From Eledone cirrhosa (taxonomy: Eukaryota), in contig OZ024742.1 in the NCBI GenBank assembly GCA_964016885.1, positions 177,134,001 to 177,198,000 of the forward strand: a DNA stretch of 64,000 nucleotides, in the 5' to 3' direction. The notes under the pieces are model-generated. The model was not told the DNA's origin and made no database searches. It was given only the letters and a program-made list of their open reading frames with translations. The translations under genes were made by a program, and so were the position numbers. The stretch's first letter is position 1. Every line of letters begins with the position of its first letter. Shown here piece after piece: positions 27,620 through 41,505 of this stretch.

Positions 27620-28208
27620 AAATAAAATAAATAAGACAAATGTTTAAATTTGTCTTTGTTTATTACTGCTATATATATTTCAGTGACAGCCATCTTTGTA
27701 TGTGACCTCTTCATGCAGTCCGAATTATTGTGGTAGAGACGAGTACACATGTCGTTGATGTGTATAACTTTGTCAATACTCTGATATGCCCAGTTCCTGG
27801 TTGGGTTGTTGTTTCATTGAGGAACTGGAATCATATGAATTTAAACAAACGAATTTCAGCGTCAGAGGACATATTCTGCTCTCATTGGTCAGTTGTGAGA
27901 ACATTCCTCAGTCAAAAGTCTATAGAAATTCATTCTGAGGCAAGGCAATCTGTAGTGGTTTTTCCTTGTTATTGCTAAATACATCTGAGCTCTACTCTTA
28001 TGTTGGTAGTGGTGTTCATGTTAGAATCAGCTCAAAAAATGATAAAGTGGTAGAAGGAATAAGGTAGTAGAGGAATCAAATAAATAATCAAATAAAATTG
28101 TGTGTGTTATAACCAATCTCAATGTTATAAAAATGTGTAAGTTCACTCTGTGAGTGCTCCAATCTGAATACTAAGGTGTTGGTACATAACCAACATATAC
28201 ACAAAATT

Positions 28209-28257
<49 letters not shown>

Positions 28258-28398
28258 TTATATATATATATATATATATATCAAGATAAGCAGAACAAGT
28301 AAAATTCAACCAATTTTTCAAAATAACTAAAAATTAATATACAATTAAAATTAATCAAAATTAAAAAATATAATATAAATATTTACGTATTTAAATGG

Positions 28399-28477
28399 CC
28401 CTAACTGTACAGTTTCACGTTGCAAAACATTAGATATCACGTGGATATTAACGGAAAAGCAAAGATCATCAGAGAAG
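28399..28477 (-). ncRNA. type I hammerhead ribozyme motif
   Basis: Minus strand: CUUCU-CUGAUGA-[long imperfect stem II: UUGC..AUAUC-cacgu-GAUAU..GCAA]-GAAA-CUGUACAG-UU-AGGG. Stem III ACUGUACAGU is palindromic; cleavage triplet GUU. Confidence 0.7.
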
Positions 28478-28922
28478 CATTTTCCTATCCTAGGGTTAAA
28501 AACCCCAGGAACGACAAAATATATGACCTCACTCCAGCTAATACAGGTCTGAAAGGTCGTGAAAGTGACCCATAAATACGTTGGTGTATAGTGAAGGCGG
28601 GAAATCGTAGACCAGCCGTCTATGATCGCTACCAAAAAAGATTTTTAGCAACTAAATAGAACGACAGGATTTTTCTCTACATACTGGATAATATTGAATA
28701 AGGTTAATATATATTTGAGTGTACAATGTACCCCCGGAAATATATAGTGTGTCTATGATTTAAGGTGGTTCTATGGTAATAATGTGTTATACCAGAACTT
28801 AATATCAAGATAAGCAGAACAAGTAAAATTCAACCAATTTTTCAAAATAAATCAAAATTAATATACAATTAAAATTAATCAAAATTAAAAAATATAATAT
28901 AAATATTTACTTATTCAAATGG

Positions 28923-29001
28923 CCCTAACTGTACAGTTTCACGTTGCAAAACATTAGATATCACGTGGATATTAATGGAAAAGCAAAGATCATCAGAGAA
29001 G
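28923..29001 (-). ncRNA. type I hammerhead ribozyme motif (second tandem copy)
   Basis: Same motif as 28399-28477, offset exactly 524 bp. Confidence 0.7.
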
Positions 29002-29036
29002 CATTTTCCTATCCTAGGGTTAAAAACCCCAACTTT

Positions 29037-29070
<34 letters not shown>

Positions 29071-29079
<9 letters not shown>

Positions 29080-30140
29080 GTTTACATATATATATATAAA
29101 GTCATAGATATATATGTGTTTTGCAACGGGTCACTTTGTGGCTCAATGAAGAATTAATAAATTAAATAATCAGAGCTATATATCATAAAACATGTCTACA
29201 GAATCACAAGATAAAATATATACCGTTTCCTCTCCCAATTAGCATAATTAACCATATAAAAAATCAATTAGATCATGCTGTCGAAATATTCGATAAATAC
29301 TCCGTCATAACCGTCGCGAAGGGGCTGCTTTCGGTTATTTGTCGGAGATTTCTTCATAGGAGCCTTTATTCTTATAGCTTGATCTAATTTATTTTTTATA
29401 TGGTTAATTATGCTAATTGGGAGAGGAAAAGGTATATATTTTATCTGGTGAATCTATAGACATGTTTTATGATATATAGCTCTGATTATTTACTTTATTA
29501 ATTCTTCATTGAGCCACAAAGTGACCCGTTGCAAAACATATATATCTATGACTTTATATATATATATATATGTAAACCTTTATATGTAATAATCTCCCGT
29601 TAGGTTGAGATACAATTTGGCTGTATTGGGCTGCGCTTTCTAGCAAAAAGCCTACCAGCCGTAAGCAACTAATCATATCCTTTCTAACTTGACCGCTGCC
29701 ACGTCACGATTCTTAGCCATTTTTGAATGTATTCTTGGCGCGATCACTTTGGAAAATTAATTGTCTAAATTTGAGCTAACTGCTGAAGAATCCGAAGCTC
29801 AAGATATCCTATGCTATCGGATGTCTTAAAATGCGGATGAAACCATGGTAGAGGTAATTGAATATGTACACTTTTCTTCTAGTTTAATTTACACCTAATT
29901 CTGTTTAGTTGACTGTATATCTGGTCGATTTATACATGCTGTCAAAACATTCTATAAATACACCGTCGTAACCGCCGCGAAGGAGCTGCTTTCGGTTATT
30001 TGTCGGAGATATCTTCATAGGAGCCTTTATTTTTATAGCTTGATCTAATTATTTTTTTTTATATGGTTAATTATGGTAATTGAGAGAGGAAAGGGTATAT
30101 ATTTTAACTGGTGATTCTATAGACATGTTTTATGATATAT
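29071..30140 (+). mobile_element. family A element: inverted 5' arm plus partial tandem (661-bp period) with one hammerhead
   Basis: 29071-29275 is inverted against about 29380-29583. The block starting CATGCTGTC at 29274 recurs at 29935. TA-flanked. Confidence 0.85.
29778..29855 (+). ncRNA. type I hammerhead ribozyme motif
   Basis: CTGAAGA-ATCCG-[AAGATATCC-loop-GGATGTCTT]-CGGAT-GAAA-CCATGG-TA. Stem III ACCATGGT is palindromic; GUA triplet; stem I (AACTG/GAGGT) is degraded. Confidence 0.7.
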
Positions 30141-30195
30141 ATATATATATATTAATTCAAAATATTGACAAAATAGATATTCTTGTGATCAAGTA

Positions 30196-30262
30196 TATTT
30201 TATTATACATATTTCAGAGATACTGAGTGAACTTCAACAGTACGTCCTCATCAGATAAAATA
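30196..30262 (-). ncRNA. type I hammerhead ribozyme motif
   Basis: UAUUUUAU-CUGAUGA-GGACGUACUG..CAGUAUCUCU-GAAA-UAUGU-AUA-AUAAAAUA. Stem I is 8 bp; stem III AUAUGUAU is self-complementary with G-U pairs. Confidence 0.8.
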
Positions 30263-30393
30263 AGATGATGCATGACATACCCTGACATAGTAGATGGTTA
30301 AGATTCAGTCATGGTAGTACGGAACATGATATTCATGACTACCATGACTGAATCTTAACGATCTACTATGTTAGGGTATGTTATGCATCATCT

Positions 30394-30460
30394 TATTTTA
30401 TCTGATGATGACGTACTGTTGAAGTTAACTCAGTACTTCTGAAATATCTATAATAAAATA
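30394..30460 (+). ncRNA. type I hammerhead ribozyme motif
   Basis: TATTTTAT-CTGATGA-..GTACTG-loop-CAGTAC..-GAAA-TATCT-ATA-ATAAAATA; mirror copy of 30196-30262. Confidence 0.78.
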
Positions 30461-30595
30461 TATTTGATCACAAGAATATCTATTTTGTTAATATTTTCAA
30501 TTAATATTAATAACTCTGGAAAACCCTACAGTTGAGTGCTTCCAATCTATTGTAAACTCATTCTTTGATTTATTAATTGAACCTTGTTTAACCTT

Positions 30596-30632
<37 letters not shown>

Positions 30633-30790
30633 ATATATATACATATATATGAGTCCGGGAACCCGTTTTACATGTGTTATATTGAAGCGAATAACTATGT
30701 TTATACACTGGGTATGTATCTTACATTGCCCATGGAGTACGCTGAGGTACAACCGGTCCTGGCATTGATAAATATGTTGGGTCCGTCAAC

Positions 30791-30863
<73 letters not shown>

Positions 30864-30865
30864 AG

Positions 30866-31053
30866 TGTTTCTATGTTTGGCACAAGGCCAGCAATTACCC
30901 AGTTTTTTACTGGTACTTTATTTTATCGACCCCGTAAGGATGAAAGGCAAAGTTAACCTCGGCGGGATTTGAACTCAGAATGGCAAGGGCCGTAACGCTA
31001 TGCGTCAAAGCATGGCGACCGACCCTCTACCGATTCTGTCAATCCACCGCCCT
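30866..31053 (-). mobile_element. tRNA-derived SINE (young family)
   Basis: Full-length match to the other copies; flanked by (TA)n. Confidence 0.92.
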
Positions 31054-31199
31054 TATATATATATAGTAATAATAATAAATGTGAAGACTAAAATCCGAAA
31101 AGGGCTCGATGAGGATAATATATATGTAAAAATATATTAACAGTGAAGATCCCGTTAAGTGTGACCGCAGCGATTCTTCGCTTAAACTTTAACCTGTTA

Positions 31200-31279
<80 letters not shown>

Positions 31280-31837
31280 TTTATATACATACACACAAAC
31301 ACATATACACACATTCGTATATATCTATATATATATTTCGGCGCTAAACTAATCATTTAACGATTAGAACTAGACTGAAATCAAATCTCGTAATAATCTA
31401 TTAACCAAAACCTGGAAACTTCCTGAAATGAAGAAGCTCATTTCCATTGCATATCCATGTGATTTTGTAACTTTTCAGATTGATCGAAAAGAAAATTTCA
31501 GTTGACTTCTAGTATTTCCTTATGCATTCATTAACCAATTTTATTCATTGCAAAATATAGTTAATACATAGATATGTATGTATGAATGTTTTACGGTTTA
31601 TATATCTCTCTCTCTATATATATATATACATACGTATATATATGTGTGTGTGCGTGCATGTATGTGTGTGTGAGTGCGTGTCTGTGTGTGTGAGAGAGTT
31701 TATAATATATAGCCATACCATACACATAGAATACATCATTCATAAATACATTTTCTATATTTGTAGTCAATATTTTTGTAATATACAGATACATACTGGC
31801 ACGCACCACTCACACACTTATACATTTATCTATATTA

Positions 31838-31974
<137 letters not shown>

Positions 31975-31993
31975 CATACATACATATATATAC

Positions 31994-32087
<94 letters not shown>

Positions 32088-32736
32088 AACATGTATATAT
32101 ATATATATATATATATGCGTGTGTGCATATATATAATATATATATATACATATATATATATGTCTGTGTGTGTGCGTGCGCGTGTGTATGTTTGTGTGTG
32201 TGTGTTGTATATATATATATATATGTATGTATATAAATGCATATATGACTGTGTATGTTAGTATGTATTTATATATGTACATATGAACGTCTGAATGTTA
32301 GTATGCATTTGTGGTATGTGTATATGTGTGTATGTATGTACATATGTATGTATGCATATAAGTAAGTTGATACGTATGTAGGTAAGTACACACACATTTC
32401 ATGTTGTGATCAGACATCGCAAGTTTAGATTCCAAACACGTAGAGGTTAAAAATGTTTCGGAGAAGTTGAAATATTGTTAGCTGTGTGTTGTTAGAAGAA
32501 TGTTCTAGAATGCATACAGATGAGGATGAGACGAGTGGACAGGGGGACAGTGTTGATTAAACACTCAGCAGAAAAATATCAAACTTTTTCACTGTACTTA
32601 GAAATGTCTTTATCAAACCGGCCTAATGTAATGCAACAATAACTCTATCATGTCTGCCTCTTTATATTGATGTATATACATACATACATACATACATACA
32701 TACATACATACATACATACATACATACATACATACT

Positions 32737-32802
<66 letters not shown>

Positions 32803-32807
32803 CACAC

Positions 32808-32859
<52 letters not shown>

Positions 32860-33134
32860 TTATGTATGTATGTGTGTATGTATCCATACACATATACATA
32901 CATACACACACAATATATATATATAAATAGAGAGAGAGCTATGCTTGTTTTTCCACACGTTCTCTCTTCCCTCTCTCTGTCTTACCCCGAACAACTTGTT
33001 ATTTCCTGAAGAACTGACGCCCGATACGTCGAAAACCTTATTTACTTCATCAGATGTGTGACCATAAACAAACTGTTTTCCCATCCCTGTGTTTGTGTTT
33101 TTTTTCTTTTTTCATTCTTGAACTATGAAAATTG

Positions 33135-33648
33135 AAGTACCTCAAAGATCAATCACAAAAGAAGATATATGGCATGACAGGCCTTGACTATTAGGTTCGA
33201 ATAGAAGAGCTCAAACTCTATTCTCTCGAACGCCGCCGGGCACGCTACATTATCTGCATGATGTGGAAATATTTAATCATGATTGCCCATATGATGTTGG
33301 CTTCATCTTTAAAGTACACTTAATGCTTGGGCACCGCTCACAACAAACATCAAACTCGCATCTCATAACAACATTACGGCACAATTATTTCACCACAATT
33401 TAACATTACACCAAAGGACATTAAATTAGAAACAGATCTCATGATTCAACACGTCTTTGGATAAATTGCTTCAAGAAATCCCGGATAAACCTCTTTCACC
33501 CGGATATGTCTTCGTATCAAATAACTCTCAACTGCAATGGGCCATGCTATCCAAATCCGGACTTGAAAGACTTCGCCTGGTGGTGCTATCAAGGTAGACA
33601 TGGCCTAGGCCAATACTGGCCGAAACCTATCAAAGTTATCAAAGTCAT
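33135..33648 (+). pseudogene. CR1-like LINE 3' end fossil
   Basis: Translates as GMTGLDY*VRIEELKLYSLERRRARYIICMMWK, matching the CR1-group C-terminal pattern Y..RL..L.LYSLERRR.RY.I...WK. Ends in the tandem tail TATCAAAGT-TATCAAAGT. Confidence 0.75.
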
Positions 33649-33779
33649 ATAGTTATATATGTATATGTATACTATATATATATATATATACATGACGGCG
33701 ATGGATTTGATTTGCGAGGTTTTTGATATGATATCGTGTGGCGAAACATATATATATGCACATATATGTATGTGTATGT

Positions 33780-33866
<87 letters not shown>

Positions 33867-35829
33867 TGTATGTGTGTGTGTGTGCGTGTGTGCGTGTGTG
33901 CTATGCCATTGTTATTGTGGCTATAAAAATACTCCGTAACATTTCCAATTCAAATCCGACCGCAATTCTCTGAACCTTTTACCCAGGCAATCCCTCGTCT
34001 CTTAAGTAAGTGTAACGTATAATAATTGTCTAGTAATTGTAAGCTCAGTTTCATATACATGGTAGACAGCCCTATACATTTTGCTATGTTATATTTCGTA
34101 TAATACTCCCGAAGCATCTGACAGTGACTTTACAAAGCTACCTCTGTAGGCAACTAAAAGACCTACGACAATTATTATGAGACACAAATAGACGTCCTTT
34201 TCTTGTTAAATATTGTTTATGCTCTCTAGAGACGGATACTCTATCTGGCAAAATATAAATGTGCGAGCCTGTCAATTTTACTTTAATTTTAGTTCTACCA
34301 AATCAGTTGGTTTCATTGAAGAAACGCAGGCAAAACTGCCACTCTCAAACATATTTTGTTCTATTGGCGTTGTATGTGTTGAAGTGAGTGGAAAAGATAA
34401 AATAAAAAAAAAACAACAAAACAAATCATATTTCTGTCTATACCCTCTAGGGATAGACATTCGAGACTGTTAATATTTAGTCATCAAAACATAGAAATTG
34501 ATTGTTGAACTGAAGTGTACAATGATGACTGTATTTTTAAAAAAATGATTTAATTAATAAACAGGAAGAGAGTGTGTAACAGAAAAACAATGGGACGTAA
34601 TAATAAAATAAGGTGACAGTATATCTTAGCTAAGCCCCTTGAGAAACATGGACGTAAGTATTGGCGCGGAGGTCAGCCAGTAAAACCCGACGCATGACCC
34701 ATTCCTAATCACGGGATTCATTCCATAGGCGGGTTACACTCATCACTAATTTAGATATACTATGACTTTTCTCAACACCCTGACGCGTATGTGTGTATGT
34801 GCAAATACATACATTTATATGTATGAGTATATAAATATAAACGTGCAAACACAGACACACTTACAAAAATATACACTCAGACATACATTCACACGCACAT
34901 GCATTCAGACAAACACACACATACATTCACACAAACAGACATACTCAGCATAACAAATGGGACGCCAGCCGCTGTTAAGCTATAGTTTTTTCACCTCCAC
35001 CTGCCTTCCTTTTACACACACATACATTCACACAGGCTGCAGGCGTAAAGAAAGAGGAGTAGTATAAGGTAGTCAAACTATTCCTTTCTCTTTACGTGTT
35101 GTGACAGAATCGCAGAGATTTATATATAGATTCATCAAAATATGTATGATCCTATTTCATACTCATCTCTTCAATTTGTTTTGTTTTTTCTCAGTTATTT
35201 GTCGGTTTTGTTGTTTCACTCTCTGCTGTTATATTCGTCAATTCTGATGTATTAATATTTCTGCCAGTGCTCCTAATTGTACAGTATTGTCAATGTTATG
35301 ACGACAATTAATGTGGTTTTGTTTCTTGTTGGCAGTATTCTTTCAATGGTGTTAGCTGTCTATATTTTAACGGTCTTATTGTTGTCGGTGTTGTTTTCCT
35401 TGTGCATTCTGTTGAGGTTTTTCATGATGATGTTCTTATATCATTTTCGATTTCTATTGAAAATATTGCACTCATATTTTGCTAAATTATTTTTTGCGTT
35501 GTGAAATCAATATTAACTCTCTACGAGTTGTGATTTTCTATTAACTTCTTGTTTATTGAAAATGCTAACGCAGCTTAACATCGCTGAATATGTGCATTCG
35601 TTTGCTATATTTCGAAGTTTACACAAGGGCTTATAAAATAAGGAATCAGTTCTAAGTAGAATGAAAACATGCTTACATTATTAAATCTGTTGGGAGGATC
35701 TAGTAACAACAGTATTAAATATGTATTCGCACCAAGACACAATGACATGTATTCATCTTAATGTCGGTAAGTATATCCATGTTTAAATCTATGTAATCTA
35801 AAGATAATGCAAGTACACATACGCGCACT

Positions 35830-35974
<145 letters not shown>

Positions 35975-35989
35975 CTATATCTATATCTA

Positions 35990-36038
<49 letters not shown>

Positions 36039-36144
36039 GTATTGAAATTTCCGTTGTAAATTGAAAAAGTCATAGGAGTGAACAGTGCTCTATGTAAGTA
36101 CCAGTGCAGAATTTAATGTATAATAAACAATACAATCTAATTAC

Positions 36145-36210
36145 CTCATTACCAGAGGTTTCCCGAATAAGACGAATACGAAAAACGTCCTCATTCGTTC
36201 GTCGGACAAG
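36145..36210 (-). ncRNA. type I hammerhead ribozyme motif with core variant (CCGACGA)
   Basis: Minus: CUUGU-CcGACGA-A-CGAAUGAGGACG-loop-CGUCUUAUUCG-G-GAAA-CC-ucu-GG-UA-AUGAG. All three stems can form; U4 is changed to C. Confidence 0.65.
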
Positions 36211-37339
36211 CCAATTTAAAACATAGTGAAATATTTGAAAAGTCTCCTCAAGAAAGACAAGAGTTTAACGGGCAAAAAATATATAAATAAAAGTAATGGA
36301 AGAGATATATTAAAAAAAAGAAAATATAATTAGGGTATGTGTATATGTATATACACTCACAAATGTACATATGTGTGTATGTACAAATGCATGTGTATGG
36401 TGAAAATGTGTGCGTAAGTACATATATGAGGACAAGTATATTTGTGTATATGTGACCACGAATACGTATATAATATTTGTTGAAAAAGAAATTGTAAGAT
36501 AATATAGTTGACGCGCATCCAGATACAGGTATTAAATACACATACGTGTATGAACGCACGCGTATAAACACACACACACGCGCGATCACTTATATGCGGA
36601 AGATAAAGAGGGAAGGGAGTGTAATAGTAAAAAAAGAAGTGTCATTCTCGATATATGTATAAGATGAAACAATATATGAGAATGAAAATTTTGTTTTAAT
36701 CAAAGAGAAAGTACTCAATTAACACTAGAAAAGAGAAAACAAACATAGGTACGCACGTACACACACATATATATATAAAAATATTTATACACACAAATTC
36801 GTACAGACAAAAGCGCATACGTGCGTACATACATACACACGAGGCACGTACATATATATATATCGCCACATGTATATCTAATCACACGTGCGTACGCGAC
36901 TATACATATATATACATATATAAATACACACCCATACATACGTATACATACACACACACATACATACACATAGACATACATTCGCCCGTATACACACACA
37001 CGTATAAATAAGTATCTAAAAAACATAGATATAAAATCACACATACACACACATATATATATACGTACGCACGCACACTTACGGAGGCGTTCGTATACAT
37101 ATACTGAACATATACACATACATGCACACTCACACGGGTAGATAAGATTATAAACCAGCCGTATGAATAAATGAGTACAAATATAAAATCGGCTGCGAAA
37201 CAACAGAATATATCTGTAGTGGAAAACGCAAGTGACCTGCGAAATCAGTTAGTGAAAGAAAATGGGGAAGTAAAATGTGGAATATGAAGATATTAGGTAA
37301 GTGAATCGAAAAGTAGGGGGGTACTGGTGAATGTGAAGT

Positions 37340-37450
37340 AAAAATAAAAATAAAAATAAAATTAAAAATAAAAATAAAAATAAAAATAAAAATAAAAATA
37401 AAAATAAAAATAAAAATAAAAATAAAAATAAAAATAAAAATAAAAATAAA
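37340..37450 (+). repeat. (TAAAAA)n hexamer microsatellite; the opposite-strand (TTTTTA)n tract lies at 38755-38947
   Basis: Seen directly. Confidence 0.95.
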
Positions 37451-38767
37451 ATTTAAAATTAAAAATAAAGTTAAAAATGAAAGTAAATCAGAAAGAGAAG
37501 TCTGTAAAGAGGATAATTTAAGGAAAGTTAAGAATAAGAGTTTATGGAGGATAAGTATCTGAAAGTGAGTTAAGTTTATATGAGCTGGAAAGCAAGTGTG
37601 ATTTCATGTGTGGGCAACTGGTGAAAATTTCTGTTTATATATATATATATATGCAAAAGTTCTATTTAAAATTGTTGGTATACAACAAGTAAATATTTTT
37701 ATAACTGATATAAAGCACTCGACAAGTATTTGGAGTAGATATACGATATTAATAAATGGAAACTATATTTACAAAACCATATTTATTTCATTATACTATT
37801 GCTAAACTATTCTTTAAAGCTCTTGACAAACGCTTCCCTAGAACACATAAATATTACTCATTTTTTAATAGACATACTATAAAATTAACTTACTCGTCCA
37901 CCAAAAATTTAGCACAAAATATTAATAGAATGAATAATAGAAACTTAAAACCTAACCAAAATACCAATAATAACCCAAGCAATATTCAATTAAATAACTG
38001 TAACTGTAGAAATAAATCTAACTGTCCGTTAAATAACAACTGCTTAGCTAAAAATGTAGTGTACAATTGTAATGTTAAAACTAATTTAAATCCATTTAAC
38101 TATGTCGGTTCTACCTCTACAGAATTTAAATTTCGCTTCAATAATCATAAAATTATTTCACAGATCCAAACAAAAAATCTTCAACTTCGCTCTCTAGCCT
38201 ACTATGGGCCCTAAAACGAGATAATGTTAAATATGCGATGAATTGGAATATTATTTCACAAGCTACTCCTTTTAATTCCTCTTCAGAAAATTGTGATCTT
38301 TGTATTGAAGAAATATTCTTTATATTAAAGTCCAAAAATTCCCTTAATTTAAGGAATAATTTATTCAGTTGCTGCAGACATAGATTGAACTCAACATTTA
38401 AATATAAATATAAATTTAAAATGTAGTAAAATTAATTAAGTAATTTATTTAATATATGAAACCTGTCGATAAATTATTAGATTCCTTCACCTTTTTCTTA
38501 TTAAATTTTCTTCCTAAATATAAACATAGATATAATAAACTACTCTAAAATGTAAGATAAATTTCTATACTAAATATATTAAAAATATTATTTTAGCTTG
38601 AAGTATTCTATGGTTTTAGAATATTTTAAAATATTTTAATTTTTGATATCTGTAGAATCCTTGGGTTTTTTAAATTTTAAAATTTTAAAATTTTAAAATT
38701 GTTTAAACTTTTTAAAATTTTTAAATTATATTGATATAATATTTATTTAACTTTATTTTTATTTTTA

Positions 38768-38798
<31 letters not shown>

Positions 38799-40254
38799 TT
38801 TATTTTTATTTTTATTTTTATTTTTATTTTTATTTTTATTTTTATTTTTATTTTTATTTTTATTTTTATTTTTATTTTTATTTTTATTTTTATTTTTATT
38901 TTTATTTTTATTTTTATTTTTATTTTTATTTTTATTTTTATTTTTATTGATTTTTATTAGGTTTGTTTTGATTCTGATAGCTTCTCGTAATTTTCATAAG
39001 TCTACCCTTTCAATATCTTGATTGAAATATACGTAGGATAAATTTCTATACTAAATATATGAAACATTATTTTAACTTAAGATATTCTATAGTGTTTTAA
39101 GGATATTTAATGTTTTGATATTTCTAGAATTCGTTTGTTCTTTAGACTATACTGATATAATTGTATTTCCAAAATATAATCCTTTGGTATTTTAAATTTA
39201 TATTGTTATAATTATATTTCCAAAGTATAATCCTTTAGTAATATATTGATATTTGATTATCTCTCTACAAATATGTATGTGTGTGTATTAACACGCATAT
39301 AAAAGTGTTATATGTTTTTTTTATGATTGTATATCTGTCTGTATGTGTACATGAGTGATGCGGGTCTAACAATTGGTGAAGTCGCACGCAAATATTTATT
39401 TATACATATGTGTATGTGTATATATATATATATGTATATGAATGGGTGTGGGTGAGAGTTATGTGTGTGCATGCCTACCCACGCAGTTTTGATTGCAGAT
39501 ATGTATAATTTTAACAGAATGTTAAATGCATGAATGGCAATCGTATATATGAAGGCATGAATGTTAATCGTATATATTTATGTATATATACTGTGAACTT
39601 TTTATAACACAAGGAATGTATAGCAGTGATTAAGAGAAATCATTTGTGTTTTGTATGTCTATATTGTAGGCTTGAGTAGATAACATTTCTATTTTCAGGA
39701 TGTGCGTATATATATATATATATATATTTGTGTATCTTTTCCGTAAGATAGTGGTTTCTCTAGCAATGTGTACATTTTGGATGCTTAAATTCAAATTTTA
39801 GTATATTGATCTCAATTTTTAAACTAAACATATAATCATTATTAAACAATGTTTAATTTCTCATATTATATATTTATGTCCCATTCTTGAATATTAATAT
39901 TTATATTTTTATTATTCATTTCATATAAATTGATAACTCAACTTAATATGACATGACGTAAAGTTTTCATTATTTCCCCCTCTCTCTATATATTATTTCT
40001 CTCTCTTGAGTCTTTCTATCTGTCTGATGGTTTGATATCTCTCTGTTGCTTTCCTCTCTTTTTCTTATTTCTTCCTTTTTTCTTTTTTCTTTCTTTCCTC
40101 CTGTCTTTATTTATCTCTTCCTTTTTTCTCCATGCATTTCTCTCTCTCCGATATGTCTCCACGTTTTTTCTTTTTCTTTTTTCTCTCTCTCCCTCATTTT
40201 TCTTTCTCTCCGTCTTTTTCTAATTGTCCTTAACACTAAGACTTATTAAAATAA

Positions 40255-40436
40255 TTGTTTCTACTTTAGGCACAATGCCAGCAATTACCCAGTACATTAC
40301 TGCTACTTTATTTCATCGACCCCGTAAGGATGAAAGGCAAAGTCAACCTCGGCGGGATTTGAACTCAGATCGTAAAGGGACGTAACTATGCTGGAAAGCA
40401 TGGCGTCCGACCCTCTACCGATACTGCCAATCCACA
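40255..40436 (-). mobile_element. tRNA-derived SINE nested in the Penelope 3' region
   Basis: Full-length young copy. Confidence 0.92.
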
Positions 40437-40527
40437 TAAACAATTCACTATCCAGATGGCCTCCAAAAATAATGGTCGCATTTTAAAAGGGTACGTCAAA
40501 GCTTATTTGTAAAACTGTTATATATTG

Positions 40528-40592
40528 TATTTTGTCTGATGAAGGCATACCATAATTTAATATGGTATCCCTGAAATATGCATAATGAAATA
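40528..40592 (+). ncRNA. type I hammerhead ribozyme motif at the PLE 3' end
   Basis: TATTTTGT-CTGATGA-AGG.ATACCATA-loop-TATGGTAT.CCT-GAAA-TATGC-ATA-ATGAAATA; same architecture as 19114 and 30394. Confidence 0.78.
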
Positions 40593-40645
40593 AATATGGT
40601 TTTATAAATATAGTTTCCATTTATTAATATCGTATATATATATGC

Positions 40646-40735
<90 letters not shown>

Positions 40736-41280
40736 TTTTGTATGTATATATATGTTTTTTTGCCTTACCCTTCACATACCAAACATTTTTATATTTTTTT
40801 ATTTTTTTTATTTTTAGATATAAATTTTTTTATATAATGGTTTTGTGTGTTTTTATATAATAGCCTCAGAAAAGGCTTGAGCTCTGCCGTAGGGCCAGGC
40901 TTCTTCCTATGTGTGTGTATATATATATATAATTGTATTAGGGTGTATGTATGTGCATCATTATATATAGTGATTTGTTGAATATTTTCATTGATCTTTT
41001 GCCCCATGAACTTGTTGTGTGCTCTAGGTCTGCTATGGACATTTATACCCTTTTCTAAATATATATATATATACTTTTATTTATTACTTGTCAAATTTTT
41101 ATATATAAAATATTTATTTTATATTATTTTTGTTCTTTCTCATATATATATATATATTGAGTTATATATGTATATGTATGTGTGTGTGTGTATACGTATG
41201 CATACGTATGTGTATGTATATATGTGTGTGTAGGTATATATGTGTATGATAATAAGTATGTATGTGTATGTATGTGTATG

Positions 41281-41313
<33 letters not shown>

Positions 41314-41459
41314 ATTTTAGAGTTAAATAAGGTTCATATGAATTATCTAAGAATGAGTTTTACACACATATATATATATATGTGTGTGTGTTTGTATTTG
41401 GTTGTGCCTGTTTGTGATATGTGCGTATTTGTAAGGTGTATAATTGTATGGCTATGTAT

Positions 41460-41505
<46 letters not shown>

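Larger units (their letters stand above)
28280..29038 (-). mobile_element. partial-tandem non-coding element (524-bp period) with a hammerhead in each repeat; retrozyme/pLTR-like
   Basis: 28280-28506 is repeated at 28804-29030; both ends abut (TA)n; no recognisable ORF. Confidence 0.85.
30150..30600. mobile_element. palindromic element (family G) with a hammerhead in each arm
   Basis: About 170-bp inverted arms (30150-30318 / about 30337-30506) plus a ~95-bp unique tail; between (TA)n tracts. Confidence 0.85.
37653..40635 (+). mobile_element. 5'-truncated Penelope-like element (same lineage as 15696-19215) with inverted 5' pLTR piece
   Basis: 37798-38426 encodes KLFFKALDKRFPRTHKYYSFFNRHTIKLTYS..CNCRNKSNCPLNNNCLAKNVVYNC..YVGSTS..FK.RF.NH../WNII..CDLCIEE..CRHR. 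37741-37795 is the reverse complement (1 mismatch) of 40582-40635. Confidence 0.9.

Noticed and set aside
33006-33040. CTGAAGA...GACG-cccgata-CGTC-GAAA hammerhead-like motif
   Set aside because: Extra unpaired bases before stem II and unconvincing stems I and III; not counted.
37340-38947. Opposed (TAAAAA)n and (TTTTTA)n tracts as terminal inverted repeats of one element
   Set aside because: Similarity is confined to the hexamer. The tracts lie inside two separate, oppositely oriented low-complexity regions.
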